Source: Candidatus Zixiibacteriota bacterium (lineage in GTDB: Bacteria > RBG-13-66-14 > B26-G2 > WVWN01). From it: a stretch of 22,964 bases of DNA. The position numbers and the translations under genes were made by a program. The first letter of the stretch is position 1; every line of letters starts with the position of its first letter. The notes beneath the pieces were generated by a model. The model was not told where the DNA came from and did no database searches. It worked only from the letters and a program-made list of their open reading frames with translations. This document shows, one piece after another, positions 9,165 to 16,701 of the stretch. The stretch lies in NCBI GenBank assembly GCA_050117845.1, contig JASFLY010000037.1, positions 1 to 22,964 on the forward strand. Reading direction: 5' to 3'.

Positions 9165-9265
9165 GGGCGGCTCGCGGCGGTGCGTATACGAACGCGTGCG
9201 CTATCCCGTGGTGGGTAAACGAAAACGGAAAGAGCGTGTCGGAGAAAAAAACGAAAGAAAGGGAA

Positions 9266-9296
9266 AGCCCCGCCGTGAGGCGGGGCTGTTTTTATT
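9266..9296. terminator. Bidirectional intrinsic terminator between convergent genes
   Basis: AGCCCCGCC-GTGA-GGCGGGGCT with T-rich tracts following on both strands. Confidence 0.8.
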
Positions 9297-9315
9297 CGCT
9301 TTTAAGGCCGAGTGA

Positions 9316-10209
9316 TTAACGGTAAAGGGATTTGACTTTACCGAGGCTGACCGGCGTAACACCCGAGCCGTTGCGAGCGTCGATGTCGACTTCGACCGCT
9401 ACCAGCGAACCGGTGTACCAGTTGCACCAAATGGAGGCGCCGTAGGTGCTGGTGTTGGAGGAGTCGCCGTAGCAGAGGCCGTTACCGTTGTTGGACGGCA
9501 TGCTCCAGGTCTGGACGAGCGAGCCGGCGGGATAGGTCGTCATGCACATCGGCTGGCCGGTGGTCCAGGAACAACCCACGAAGTACGGGCCGGTGGTGTT
9601 GTTGCCCATCTGAGCGTAAGCCGCGCCACCGATACTGGTCATCGCGCTGGGCCAACCGGCGCAGGTCCAGGTGCCGGCGCTCGAGCCAGTGGTGGTGTAG
9701 CGATAGAAGGTACCGGAGTTGTTCGAGCCGTTGGTGTGGTAGTACGTGCCGTCCCAGAAGCAGTTCATGGGATAGGACGAACCGGAGCAGGAGAACGACG
9801 TAACAGGCGAACCGCCCCCGGTCGAGAACACGTAAAGGGAGTCGGTAGTAGCGTCGACGAGACAGAGGTAGCCGGCGCCGAGGTGGCACTTGTCGGCTCC
9901 ACGGGGGGTCGACGTACCGGTAATGGATACCGAACCGGCGGAGCTGCCCGACGGCGTGAAGCGGTACAGATAGTCGGTGCCGCTGGAGTAGAAGATACCG
10001 TATACGTAGGTCGCGTCACGGAAGATACCGAGCGCGTACGGCGCGGAGGTCCCGGACATGGTGAACGACGTGATGATGGAGCCAATCGCGTCGGTGGATT
10101 CGCCGGAACCGGTCGTCGGCGCGCCGTTGTCCGTCAGGGCGGCCGGCGAGATAGCGAACGCCGCACTCGCGATTAATACTGCAAGGCTCGAGTAGACTAA
10201 TTTCTTCAT
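9316..10209 (-). CDS. Exported predicted 5-bladed beta-propeller protein with the conserved C-terminal tail (..SGVTPVSLGKVKSLYR)
   Basis: AAGGAG RBS and signal peptide MKKLVYSSLAVLIASAAFA. Repeats GSIITSF, GSSAGSV, GSPVTSF, GSSAGTW, GSLVQTW. Confidence 0.85.
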   Translation of the reverse strand: MKKLVYSSLAVLIASAAFAISPAALTDNGAPTTGSGESTDAIGSIITSFTMSGTSAPYALGIFRDATYVYGIFYSSGTDYLYRFTPSGSSAGSVSITGTSTPRGADKCHLGAGYLCLVDATTDSLYVFSTGGGSPVTSFSCSGSSYPMNCFWDGTYYHTNGSNNSGTFYRYTTTGSSAGTWTCAGWPSAMTSIGGAAYAQMGNNTTGPYFVGCSWTTGQPMCMTTYPAGSLVQTWSMPSNNGNGLCYGDSSNTSTYGASIWCNWYTGSLVAVEVDIDARNGSGVTPVSLGKVKSLYR

Positions 10210-10257
10210 TCCCGAACTCCTTTCTCAACCATTAAGGGTTATGTTTCTAATCGTTGC

Positions 10258-10286
10258 ATTCTAAAAATTATACGCCCCATTGTCAA
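10258..10286 (-). promoter_or_regulatory. sigma70-type promoter for 9316..10209
   Basis: Minus strand TTGACA-17 nt-TAGAAT. Confidence 0.72.
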
Positions 10287-10529
10287 GTAAAAAATAACCC
10301 CGTACGCTGTTCGCCTTGCCTCGTAGTCGTTCGAGGTCATGTAGCGTTTATTACTACGGCCGCAGCCCGGTACAGTCGCCGCTTTCCCGCCGTTGGTCAC
10401 CCCGCCGCGCCGTCGAAACGCCTTCGGCCTCGGCCTTATTCGACCTGAAGGTTTTTACCGATTGTCTATCACGAGGTTCGGCCGCGCCTTACTCCATCAA
10501 CGTCAGCCACGCCAATTCTTGTTAAATTT

Positions 10530-10558
10530 TTGACATACGGTGTAATATCCGTTATAAT
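10530..10558 (+). promoter_or_regulatory. Perfect-consensus sigma70 promoter for the FG-GAP gene
   Basis: TTGACA-17 nt-TATAAT. Confidence 0.8.
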
Positions 10559-10610
10559 TAGAAAGGCTAATAATGTAACCACATCATACGTTCTGGAAGG
10601 AGGTCGCGAG

Positions 10611-12710
10611 ATGAAAAGAGCGTTGTATGTCACGGTTTTGGCGCTAGTATTCGCGGCCGCGGTATGGCCCGCGGTTTCCCGACGCCAAACCAACTGGGTA
10701 GGCGGGCCGGGGACGCAGGGGCCGGTATCGACCTGGGGCAATCTGTTTTGGGATTCCACCAAGGTAAATTACTCGAATACCGGTTACCTCGTACTGGGCC
10801 TCGCTCCGGATTTCCCCGGGACGCGACATCACGTCGGCAGTCGTAATGAGTTATACGCCGCACAGACCGGGGACATCAACGGCGACGGTCGTCCGGATAT
10901 CGTCGTCGGAGGTCATAATTCCGGGATCGTCTGGTACGAGAACCTGGGCGGCGGGACTTTCGCCACGTCGCCTACGGTAATCCTCGATTACACCTGGCCT
11001 TCGTTCCACGTTTACGACCTCAACGATGACGGCCTGGCCGACGTTATTTACACCAACGACCAGTATATCTACTGGCTCGAAAACGTCCGCTTCGGTTGGA
11101 GTCAACACCGGATATCGAATTACTTCAACGAAGTCGACGGCACCGGCTGCGCCGACTTCGACGACGACGGCGACGTCGACATTGTCGCCGGCGGCGTGCA
11201 GGTAACGCAACTGCGATGGTACGAGAACGACGGGAACCAGAATTTCACCGAGCACGTAATCCGCTCCGGGTACCGGGGTCCCAACAACGCGCCCCTGGGG
11301 ACCGGGGACCTCAACGGCGACGGACTCCCCGATTTCGTAATCTCCAGCGAGTTCGGTAACTTCCTCGAATGGTGGGAGAACGACGGCGGTTCGACGCCGA
11401 CCTTCACCGCCCACCGGCTGCTTAACAATTATAACGGCTCGCGTAATTCCTTCGTCGTCGACGTCGACGGCGATGGCCACAACGACATCCTATCCGCGGC
11501 CATCGGGTCCGACTCCATCGACTGGTGGGAGAACAACGGCGCCGCAACGCCGACTTTCACCCGTCATAACATTTCCAACAATTACAACGGCGCGTACGAC
11601 ATCTCGGGCTTCGACGCGGACCAGGACGGCGATATCGATATTATGACCACCGCCCAGCTCGGCGATACGCTCGATTGGTGGCAGAACGACGGCGCAGAGA
11701 ATTTCACGCGCGGCACCATCGCCTCCGGTTATAACGGCGCCTCCAGCATCTGGGTCGAGGACGTGGACGCGAACGGCGTGTTGGACATCGTCAGCTCCGC
11801 CCTCGACGCCGGTTCGGCCGACTGGTGGGACATAACGTACGGGTACCGCTCGTCCGGGGAACTCGTTTCCTCCATCCTCGATACGGGCGGCTCGCCGGCG
11901 TACGGCCATATATTCTGGGGTTCCAACCTCCCCTCCGGCACCGAGATACGCTTGCAGGTCCGGGCGTCCAACAACTCCGGGAACATGGGGAATTGGTCGT
12001 CCGACATCACGACCACCGGGGCCGATCTCAAGGATTACATCCAGAGCGGCCGGCGCTACTTCCAGTATAAAGCGCGCCTATTTACCACCAATGCGGCTCG
12101 CACTCCCCGCTTGAACCAAGTCCGTATTACCTATTCCACGTCCACCGGCGTAGTCCTGGATTTCGACGCGTACGGCCGGCGCGACGGCGTTGCGCTTAAA
12201 TGGCATACCGACGGCGCCCCCGACGTCGCCGGATTCAACCTCTATCGCGCCGCCGCCGATACGGATAAAGGCCGGCTCCAACTCAACGATACTCTTATCG
12301 CCGGAAAACCGCCTTACGAGTACGTAGACCCGGCCTCCGCCGGGACGACGTTCCGGTACTGGCTCGAGATGGTAACTCTGGACGGAGGCCGCTTCGAGTA
12401 CGGGCCCGTGGTGGGAACCGCCGGTGCGTCCAGGGCCAAGGCCTTCGCCCTGGCGCCCGCCTATCCCAACCCGGCGCGCGGCGAGGCCACGTTCGCGTTC
12501 TCCTTGGCCGAAGCCGGAGACGTGCGGGTCGAGGTCTACGACCTGACGGGTCGACGGATTGCGACGCCCGCGGCCGGTCCGTACGCCGCCGGGGAATACG
12601 AGGTGGCGTGGGACATCGGCGCTACCTCGGCTGTCCCGCCGGGCGTTTACGTCTACCGGCTGACGCAGGGCGATAACGTCGCCGCCCGCAAGTTCGTAAT
12701 AACCGAATAA
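10611..12710 (+). CDS. Exported FG-GAP/VCBS-repeat beta-propeller protein with a C-terminal T9SS type A sorting / FlgD Ig-like domain, 699 aa
   Basis: ATG 10611 behind AAGGAGG, then a signal peptide. Seven DxDxDG-type repeats (DINGDG, DLNDDG, DFDDDG, DLNGDG, DVDGDG, DADQDG, DVDANG). Tail FALAPAYPNP..VEVYDLTGRRI..GEYEVAWD..PGVYVYRL..KFVI. Confidence 0.88.
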   Translation: MKRALYVTVLALVFAAAVWPAVSRRQTNWVGGPGTQGPVSTWGNLFWDSTKVNYSNTGYLVLGLAPDFPGTRHHVGSRNELYAAQTGDINGDGRPDIVVGGHNSGIVWYENLGGGTFATSPTVILDYTWPSFHVYDLNDDGLADVIYTNDQYIYWLENVRFGWSQHRISNYFNEVDGTGCADFDDDGDVDIVAGGVQVTQLRWYENDGNQNFTEHVIRSGYRGPNNAPLGTGDLNGDGLPDFVISSEFGNFLEWWENDGGSTPTFTAHRLLNNYNGSRNSFVVDVDGDGHNDILSAAIGSDSIDWWENNGAATPTFTRHNISNNYNGAYDISGFDADQDGDIDIMTTAQLGDTLDWWQNDGAENFTRGTIASGYNGASSIWVEDVDANGVLDIVSSALDAGSADWWDITYGYRSSGELVSSILDTGGSPAYGHIFWGSNLPSGTEIRLQVRASNNSGNMGNWSSDITTTGADLKDYIQSGRRYFQYKARLFTTNAARTPRLNQVRITYSTSTGVVLDFDAYGRRDGVALKWHTDGAPDVAGFNLYRAAADTDKGRLQLNDTLIAGKPPYEYVDPASAGTTFRYWLEMVTLDGGRFEYGPVVGTAGASRAKAFALAPAYPNPARGEATFAFSLAEAGDVRVEVYDLTGRRIATPAAGPYAAGEYEVAWDIGATSAVPPGVYVYRLTQGDNVAARKFVITE

Positions 12711-12728
12711 ACATCCGAATACGAATAA

Positions 12729-12758
12729 GAAGCCGCCCTTCGGGGCGGCTTCCCTTTA
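12729..12758 (+). terminator. Intrinsic terminator (GCCGCCC-N4-GGGCGGC family, copy 1)
   Basis: GAAGCCGCCC-TTCG-GGGCGGCTTC followed by CCTTT. Confidence 0.75.
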
Positions 12759-12781
12759 TGCCGGTATCCACCGTTTACGTG

Positions 12782-12810
12782 TTGACATTTTTAACGGTAA
12801 TTGTTATAAG
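12782..12810 (+). promoter_or_regulatory. sigma70-type promoter, array gene A
   Basis: TTGACA-17 nt-TATAAG with an extended -10 TG. Confidence 0.65.
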
Positions 12811-12841
12811 TTTAACGTTTGGTTTTGATGCGTTCTTTCTG

Positions 12842-12930
12842 GGGGTGGAATCGTTTTCGGTTTTGGCTGTGGGGATTCGCGCCACTTAACGGGGGGTGTG
12901 ATACCTCCCTAACCATAGGAGAGTAAAGGT
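12842..12930 (+). repeat. 5' leader repeat copy 1 (near-identical to 13825..13912)
   Basis: GGGGTGGAATCGTTTTCGGT(T/C)TTGGCTGTGGGGATTCGCGCCACTTAACGGGGG...GATACCTCCC...ATAGGAGAGT(A/G)AAGGT is present before both genes. Confidence 0.9.
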
Positions 12931-13692
12931 ATGGCAAGGGGTAATGTATTAATTACCGTTTTCGCGCTATGCGCATTGGTGGGGTCCGCGTTGGGGTGGG
13001 GAAGTTTGATCTCCTCGTTCAACGCCCCGAGCGGCAGCCAGTATCCCAACGGCGTCGCGTACCGCAGTAACAACGTGTATATCAACACCAATACGCCGGA
13101 CATGTGTTGGCGGACCAACACCAGCGGTTCTATCGTCCGGTCCAATACGTCCCCGACCTCGGCTACGATGGGTTGCGCCGCGGGCGTTATCGGGTCGACC
13201 GGGTATTACTGGGTCGTAAGCAACTCCGGCACGATGTACCAGTGCGGTTTCAACTCCGGTTCGGTTTACAATTCGTTTTCCATACCGGGGAGTTATCCCT
13301 ACGGCGTGACTTTCCGCGACTCGGGGTCCATTTACTACGTTTATTACACCGACCGGAGCGCGAGAAGGCTCTACCGGATGAACTCCACCACCGGTTCCAT
13401 TTACGGCTCCTACACCCTCTCCTTCCCGCCCAACGACCTGGCGTACGACGATAGGGGCTTTTTATGGATCGCCGACTCTACGGCCAGCGTCATCCGCAGG
13501 TGCAGCATGAGCGGTTCCGTTTACGACTCGTTCTCGGTGGCCTCGTATGGTTACCCGGCGGGCGTCGGTTTCGACGGGACGTACGTCTGGGTGGGAATCA
13601 ACGCACCGCTACACCGTATCCTCCGTTTCGAAGTTGAAGGCGTCGGCATTGAACCGGCGTCGCTAGGGAAAATCAAGACCGTCTTCCGTTAA
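12931..13692 (+). CDS. Exported predicted 5-bladed beta-propeller, array gene A (tail ..VGIEPASLGKIKTVFR)
   Basis: AGGAG RBS and a signal peptide ending SALG/WGS. Five GSxxxS(F/Y/N) repeats at ~43 aa spacing, with LAYD..LWIAD and GFDGTYVWVG blade motifs. Confidence 0.88.
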   Translation: MARGNVLITVFALCALVGSALGWGSLISSFNAPSGSQYPNGVAYRSNNVYINTNTPDMCWRTNTSGSIVRSNTSPTSATMGCAAGVIGSTGYYWVVSNSGTMYQCGFNSGSVYNSFSIPGSYPYGVTFRDSGSIYYVYYTDRSARRLYRMNSTTGSIYGSYTLSFPPNDLAYDDRGFLWIADSTASVIRRCSMSGSVYDSFSVASYGYPAGVGFDGTYVWVGINAPLHRILRFEVEGVGIEPASLGKIKTVFR

Positions 13693-13715
13693 GGCCGGCC
13701 TATAACGATTAACTC

Positions 13716-13744
13716 GAAGCCGCCCCTCGGGGCGGCTTCATTAT
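13716..13744 (+). terminator. Intrinsic terminator (family copy 2)
   Basis: GAAGCCGCCC-CTCG-GGGCGGCTTC followed by ATTAT. Confidence 0.7.
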
Positions 13745-13765
13745 AATTTCAATATAATTTACGGG

Positions 13766-13795
13766 TTGACTTATTTTAAGGTTATTGTTATTAAT
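13766..13795 (+). promoter_or_regulatory. Probable sigma70-type promoter, array gene B
   Basis: TTGACT followed by TGTTATTAAT at the same spacing as in unit A. Confidence 0.5.
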
Positions 13796-13824
13796 ACGGC
13801 GATACCTTTAGTGGGTTATTTGCC

Positions 13825-13912
13825 GGGGTGGAATCGTTTTCGGTCTTGGCTGTGGGGATTCGCGCCACTTAACGGGGGTTGATACCTCCCATAGCAATAG
13901 GAGAGTGAAGGT
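13825..13912 (+). repeat. 5' leader repeat copy 2
   Basis: One mismatch to copy 1 over the first ~54 nt. Similarity continues through the RBS into the signal peptide codons. Confidence 0.9.
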
Positions 13913-14680
13913 ATGGAAAGGGGTAATGTATTAATTACCGTTTTCGCGGTATGCGTATTGGCGGGGTCCGCGCTCGGGTGGGGTAGCCTTATCTCCTCGT
14001 TCAACTGCCCTTCCGGTTCCCAGTATCCCAACGGCGTAGCGTACCGGAGTAACAACGTATACATCAGTACCAATACGCCGGATATGTGCTGGCGTACCAC
14101 CACCACCGGTTCCATCTCCCGTTCCCATACGGCCCCGGGTACTTATTCGAGGGGTATCGCCGCCGGCGTTATCGGCGGAACCGGGTATTACTGGTACGTT
14201 AATAACAACCCCCGGAGGATATACCAGGTCGGTTATAACTCCGGGTCGATTTACACTTCCTTCACTGCCCCCGGTTCGGATCCTTACGGCGCTACTTACC
14301 GCTGGTCGGGGTCCATTTACTACATTTACCATACCGATTCCAGCGGCCGGAGGCTCTACCGGATGAACGCCACCACGGGATCCATTTACGGCTCCTACTC
14401 GTTGAGCTTCACGCCGAACGATCTGGCGTACGACGATAGCGGTTATTTATGGATCGCCGACGGTTCGGCCAGCGTTATCCGCAAATGTAGCATGTCCGGC
14501 TCGGTCTACGACTCCTTCTCGGTGGCCTCGTACGGTTATCCATCGGGGGTCGGCTTCGACGGTACGTACGTTTGGGTGGGCATCAACTCGCCGCTGCACC
14601 GCATCCTCCGTTTCGAGGTTACCAGCGGCAGCGCCGTCGTGCCTACGTCCCTCGGGAAAATCAAGACCGTCTTCCGTTAA
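13913..14680 (+). CDS. Exported predicted 5-bladed beta-propeller, array gene B (tail ..SAVVPTSLGKIKTVFR)
   Basis: Close paralog of gene A with the same signal peptide, repeats and tail. Confidence 0.88.
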   Translation: MERGNVLITVFAVCVLAGSALGWGSLISSFNCPSGSQYPNGVAYRSNNVYISTNTPDMCWRTTTTGSISRSHTAPGTYSRGIAAGVIGGTGYYWYVNNNPRRIYQVGYNSGSIYTSFTAPGSDPYGATYRWSGSIYYIYHTDSSGRRLYRMNATTGSIYGSYSLSFTPNDLAYDDSGYLWIADGSASVIRKCSMSGSVYDSFSVASYGYPSGVGFDGTYVWVGINSPLHRILRFEVTSGSAVVPTSLGKIKTVFR

Positions 14681-14704
14681 GGCCGAGTTATAACGATCGG
14701 TTCG

Positions 14705-14729
14705 AAGCCGCCCTTCGGGGCGGCTTTTT
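14705..14729 (+). terminator. Intrinsic terminator (family copy 3)
   Basis: AAGCCGCCC-TTCG-GGGCGGCTT followed by TTT. Confidence 0.85.
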
Positions 14730-14750
14730 ATGAACCAAATTAATATTATA

Positions 14751-14780
14751 TTGACTATTTTGAGAAGGTATGTTACCGAT
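14751..14780 (+). promoter_or_regulatory. Possible weak sigma70-type promoter, array gene C
   Basis: TTGACT-17 nt-TACCGA with an extended TG. Same position as in the other units, but the -10 is poor. Confidence 0.35.
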
Positions 14781-14914
14781 TATTACATAAAAGCGACTAC
14801 GCGGCCGGTTAAAGGCGCCCGGGATCGACTTTTCGCTGTTGGGCCTTTCTCGTCGCGTGGTGTTATTATAATGGGGGGGATAGGCCTCCCCGCTTCTTAG
14901 AGGAGGAACGTATA

Positions 14915-15691
14915 GTGAAGAAGGGTTGCGTAGCGATTTCCATTCTCGCTTTATCCGCCATGGCGGTTTCGGCGTTCGGGTGGGGAAGCCTTGTCACCTC
15001 GTTCTCTGCCCCCAGCGGCACCCAATATCTCGGCGGCCTCGGATACCGCGATACTTGCCTTTACGTCACTACCGTTACGCCGAATAGGTGCTACCGCACG
15101 ACGAGGACGGGGTTGATCCTCGCGTCTCACAACCTCCCGACCTTGAATCCGCGTGGTTGCGCCGCCGGCGTTATAGGGTCGAACGGGTACTACTGGGTAG
15201 TAAGTTATAACCCCAACGTCATATACCGGATGGGTTATAGTTCCGGTTCGGTTGTTAACTCGTTCGCGGCACCCGGAGGAAATGGCCCCAGAGGTTTGGC
15301 TTTCCGGGCGTCGGGGTCCTCATATTACCTCTACTATACCGAACAGTCGGGAAGCAGGCTTTACCGCATGAACGCCACGACCGGGTCCGTATACGCGTCC
15401 TATTCCCTCTCCTTCAACGCCAGCGAAGTCGCGTACGACCCCGCGGGTTATTTATGGATGACCGACCCCACCGCCGTCGAAGTAAAGAAATGTACGCTTA
15501 CGGGTTCCGTCCTCGATTCGTTTTCGGTGTCGGGGCACTCCGGGTCGCCGTTGGGGTGTACGTTCGACGGTTTGTACGTATGGGTCGGGATCTCGCGCTC
15601 GTCGGGGAGCCGCATTCTCCAATACGAAGTCGAGAGCGGGACCGGAATTAAACCGGCGTCGTTCGGGAAAATAAAAACCGTATTCAGGTAG
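14915..15691 (+). CDS. Exported predicted 5-bladed beta-propeller, array gene C (tail ..TGIKPASFGKIKTVFR)
   Basis: GTG start behind AGGAGG and a signal peptide ending SAFG/WGS. The most divergent array paralog. Confidence 0.88.
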   Translation: MKKGCVAISILALSAMAVSAFGWGSLVTSFSAPSGTQYLGGLGYRDTCLYVTTVTPNRCYRTTRTGLILASHNLPTLNPRGCAAGVIGSNGYYWVVSYNPNVIYRMGYSSGSVVNSFAAPGGNGPRGLAFRASGSSYYLYYTEQSGSRLYRMNATTGSVYASYSLSFNASEVAYDPAGYLWMTDPTAVEVKKCTLTGSVLDSFSVSGHSGSPLGCTFDGLYVWVGISRSSGSRILQYEVESGTGIKPASFGKIKTVFR

Positions 15692-15704
15692 TATGGACTC
15701 GTAA

Positions 15705-15734
15705 TAAAAAGCCGCCCTCCGGGGCGGCTTTTTA
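15705..15734 (+). terminator. Intrinsic terminator (family copy 4), symmetric and possibly bidirectional
   Basis: TAAAAAGCCGCCC-TCCG-GGGCGGCTTTTTA. Confidence 0.88.
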
Positions 15735-15757
15735 TATAATAGCTTTAATTTAAAAGA

Positions 15758-15786
15758 TTGATTATTTAGTTAATAATTGTTATAAA
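15758..15786 (+). promoter_or_regulatory. Probable sigma70-type promoter, array gene D
   Basis: TTGATT-17 nt-TATAAA with an extended TG. Confidence 0.55.
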
Positions 15787-15917
15787 AGTTTTACGGAATC
15801 GATATTAACGCCGCCGACGTTACTTTATCGGATTATGGTCGGCGGATTTACGTAACGAACGGGGTGCCGGTTAACGGGTTTTTTCGGTGCCCCAATAGGG
15901 ATAGGAGTAAGAAAAAT

Positions 15918-16682
15918 ATGGTAAGTAAGACCAGCTTGACTACCGCATTGGCGTTATACGCCCTGGCTGTTTCCGCCTTTGGGTGGGGTAGTTTAGTATC
16001 TTCGTTCAGCGCCCCGGGAGGCGGGAGCTACCCTAACGGCGTCGCCTACTACAGCAGTTACCTGTATATCGGTACCAACACCCCTGATATGTGCTACCGT
16101 ACTAACACGACCGGTTCCGTCGCCGCCTCGCATACGTCCCCGACCACTGCCACGATGGGTGTCGCCCGCGGCGCTATCGGTGGTACCGGATACTACTGGG
16201 TCGTGAGTTACAATCCCAAACTGATATACCAGGTAGGTTATAATAGCGGTACGGTTTACGGCTCCTACGCGGCGCCGGGCGTTTATCCGTACGGCGCGAC
16301 TTTCCGCTCGTCGGGTTCGACTAATTACATCTATTACACCGACAAGAACGGCCAAATGCTTTACGCGCTGGACGCCACTACGGGTTCCGTTTATTCCTCT
16401 CATTCCCTCTCCTTCTCGCCCAACGACTGCGCGTACGATTCCGACGGTTATTTATGGATTACCGATGGTACGGCCAGCGTCGTCCGGAAATGTAGCTTGA
16501 CCGGCTCGGTCTACGATTCGTTCTCGGTGGCCTCGTACGGGTCCCCGTCGGGTTGCGGTTATGACGGTACGTACGTCTGGGTCGGCATCAACAATCCGCT
16601 ACACAGTATCCTCCGGTTCGAAGTGGCGGGCACCGCGATCACGCCGTCGTCTATGGGCAAGATCAAGGCCACGTTTAGGTAA
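15918..16682 (+). CDS. Exported predicted 5-bladed beta-propeller, array gene D (tail ..TAITPSSMGKIKATFR), 254 aa
   Basis: Start reassigned to ATG 15918 behind AGGAG, matching the signal peptide length of the paralogs. Confidence 0.88.
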   Translation: MVSKTSLTTALALYALAVSAFGWGSLVSSFSAPGGGSYPNGVAYYSSYLYIGTNTPDMCYRTNTTGSVAASHTSPTTATMGVARGAIGGTGYYWVVSYNPKLIYQVGYNSGTVYGSYAAPGVYPYGATFRSSGSTNYIYYTDKNGQMLYALDATTGSVYSSHSLSFSPNDCAYDSDGYLWITDGTASVVRKCSLTGSVYDSFSVASYGSPSGCGYDGTYVWVGINNPLHSILRFEVAGTAITPSSMGKIKATFR

Positions 16683-16701
16683 CCGAAGCCTTTCGCTTGC
16701 G

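Noticed and set aside
10530..10610. Upstream starts given by the ORF track (10530, 7233, 16758 and 15864)
   Set aside because: Three are the TTG of -35 boxes and one lies in a leader. Downstream starts have SD sequences and, for the exported proteins, give proper signal peptides.
12792..12806. TAAC-N7-GTTA palindrome as a shared operator in the array promoters
   Set aside because: Only the GTTA half, which is part of the extended -10, is kept in the other units, so there is not enough support.
12931..14680. Diversity-generating retroelement (TR/VR pair) explaining the near-identical paralogs
   Set aside because: There is no reverse transcriptase in the window, both copies are full expressed-looking genes, and the differences are not adenine-specific and include many synonymous changes.
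6295..16682. C-terminal aromatic residue read as a BamA beta-signal of outer-membrane barrels
   Set aside because: The proteins look like soluble propellers, the tail ends in Arg after the aromatic, and its periodicity is helical rather than an alternating beta-strand.
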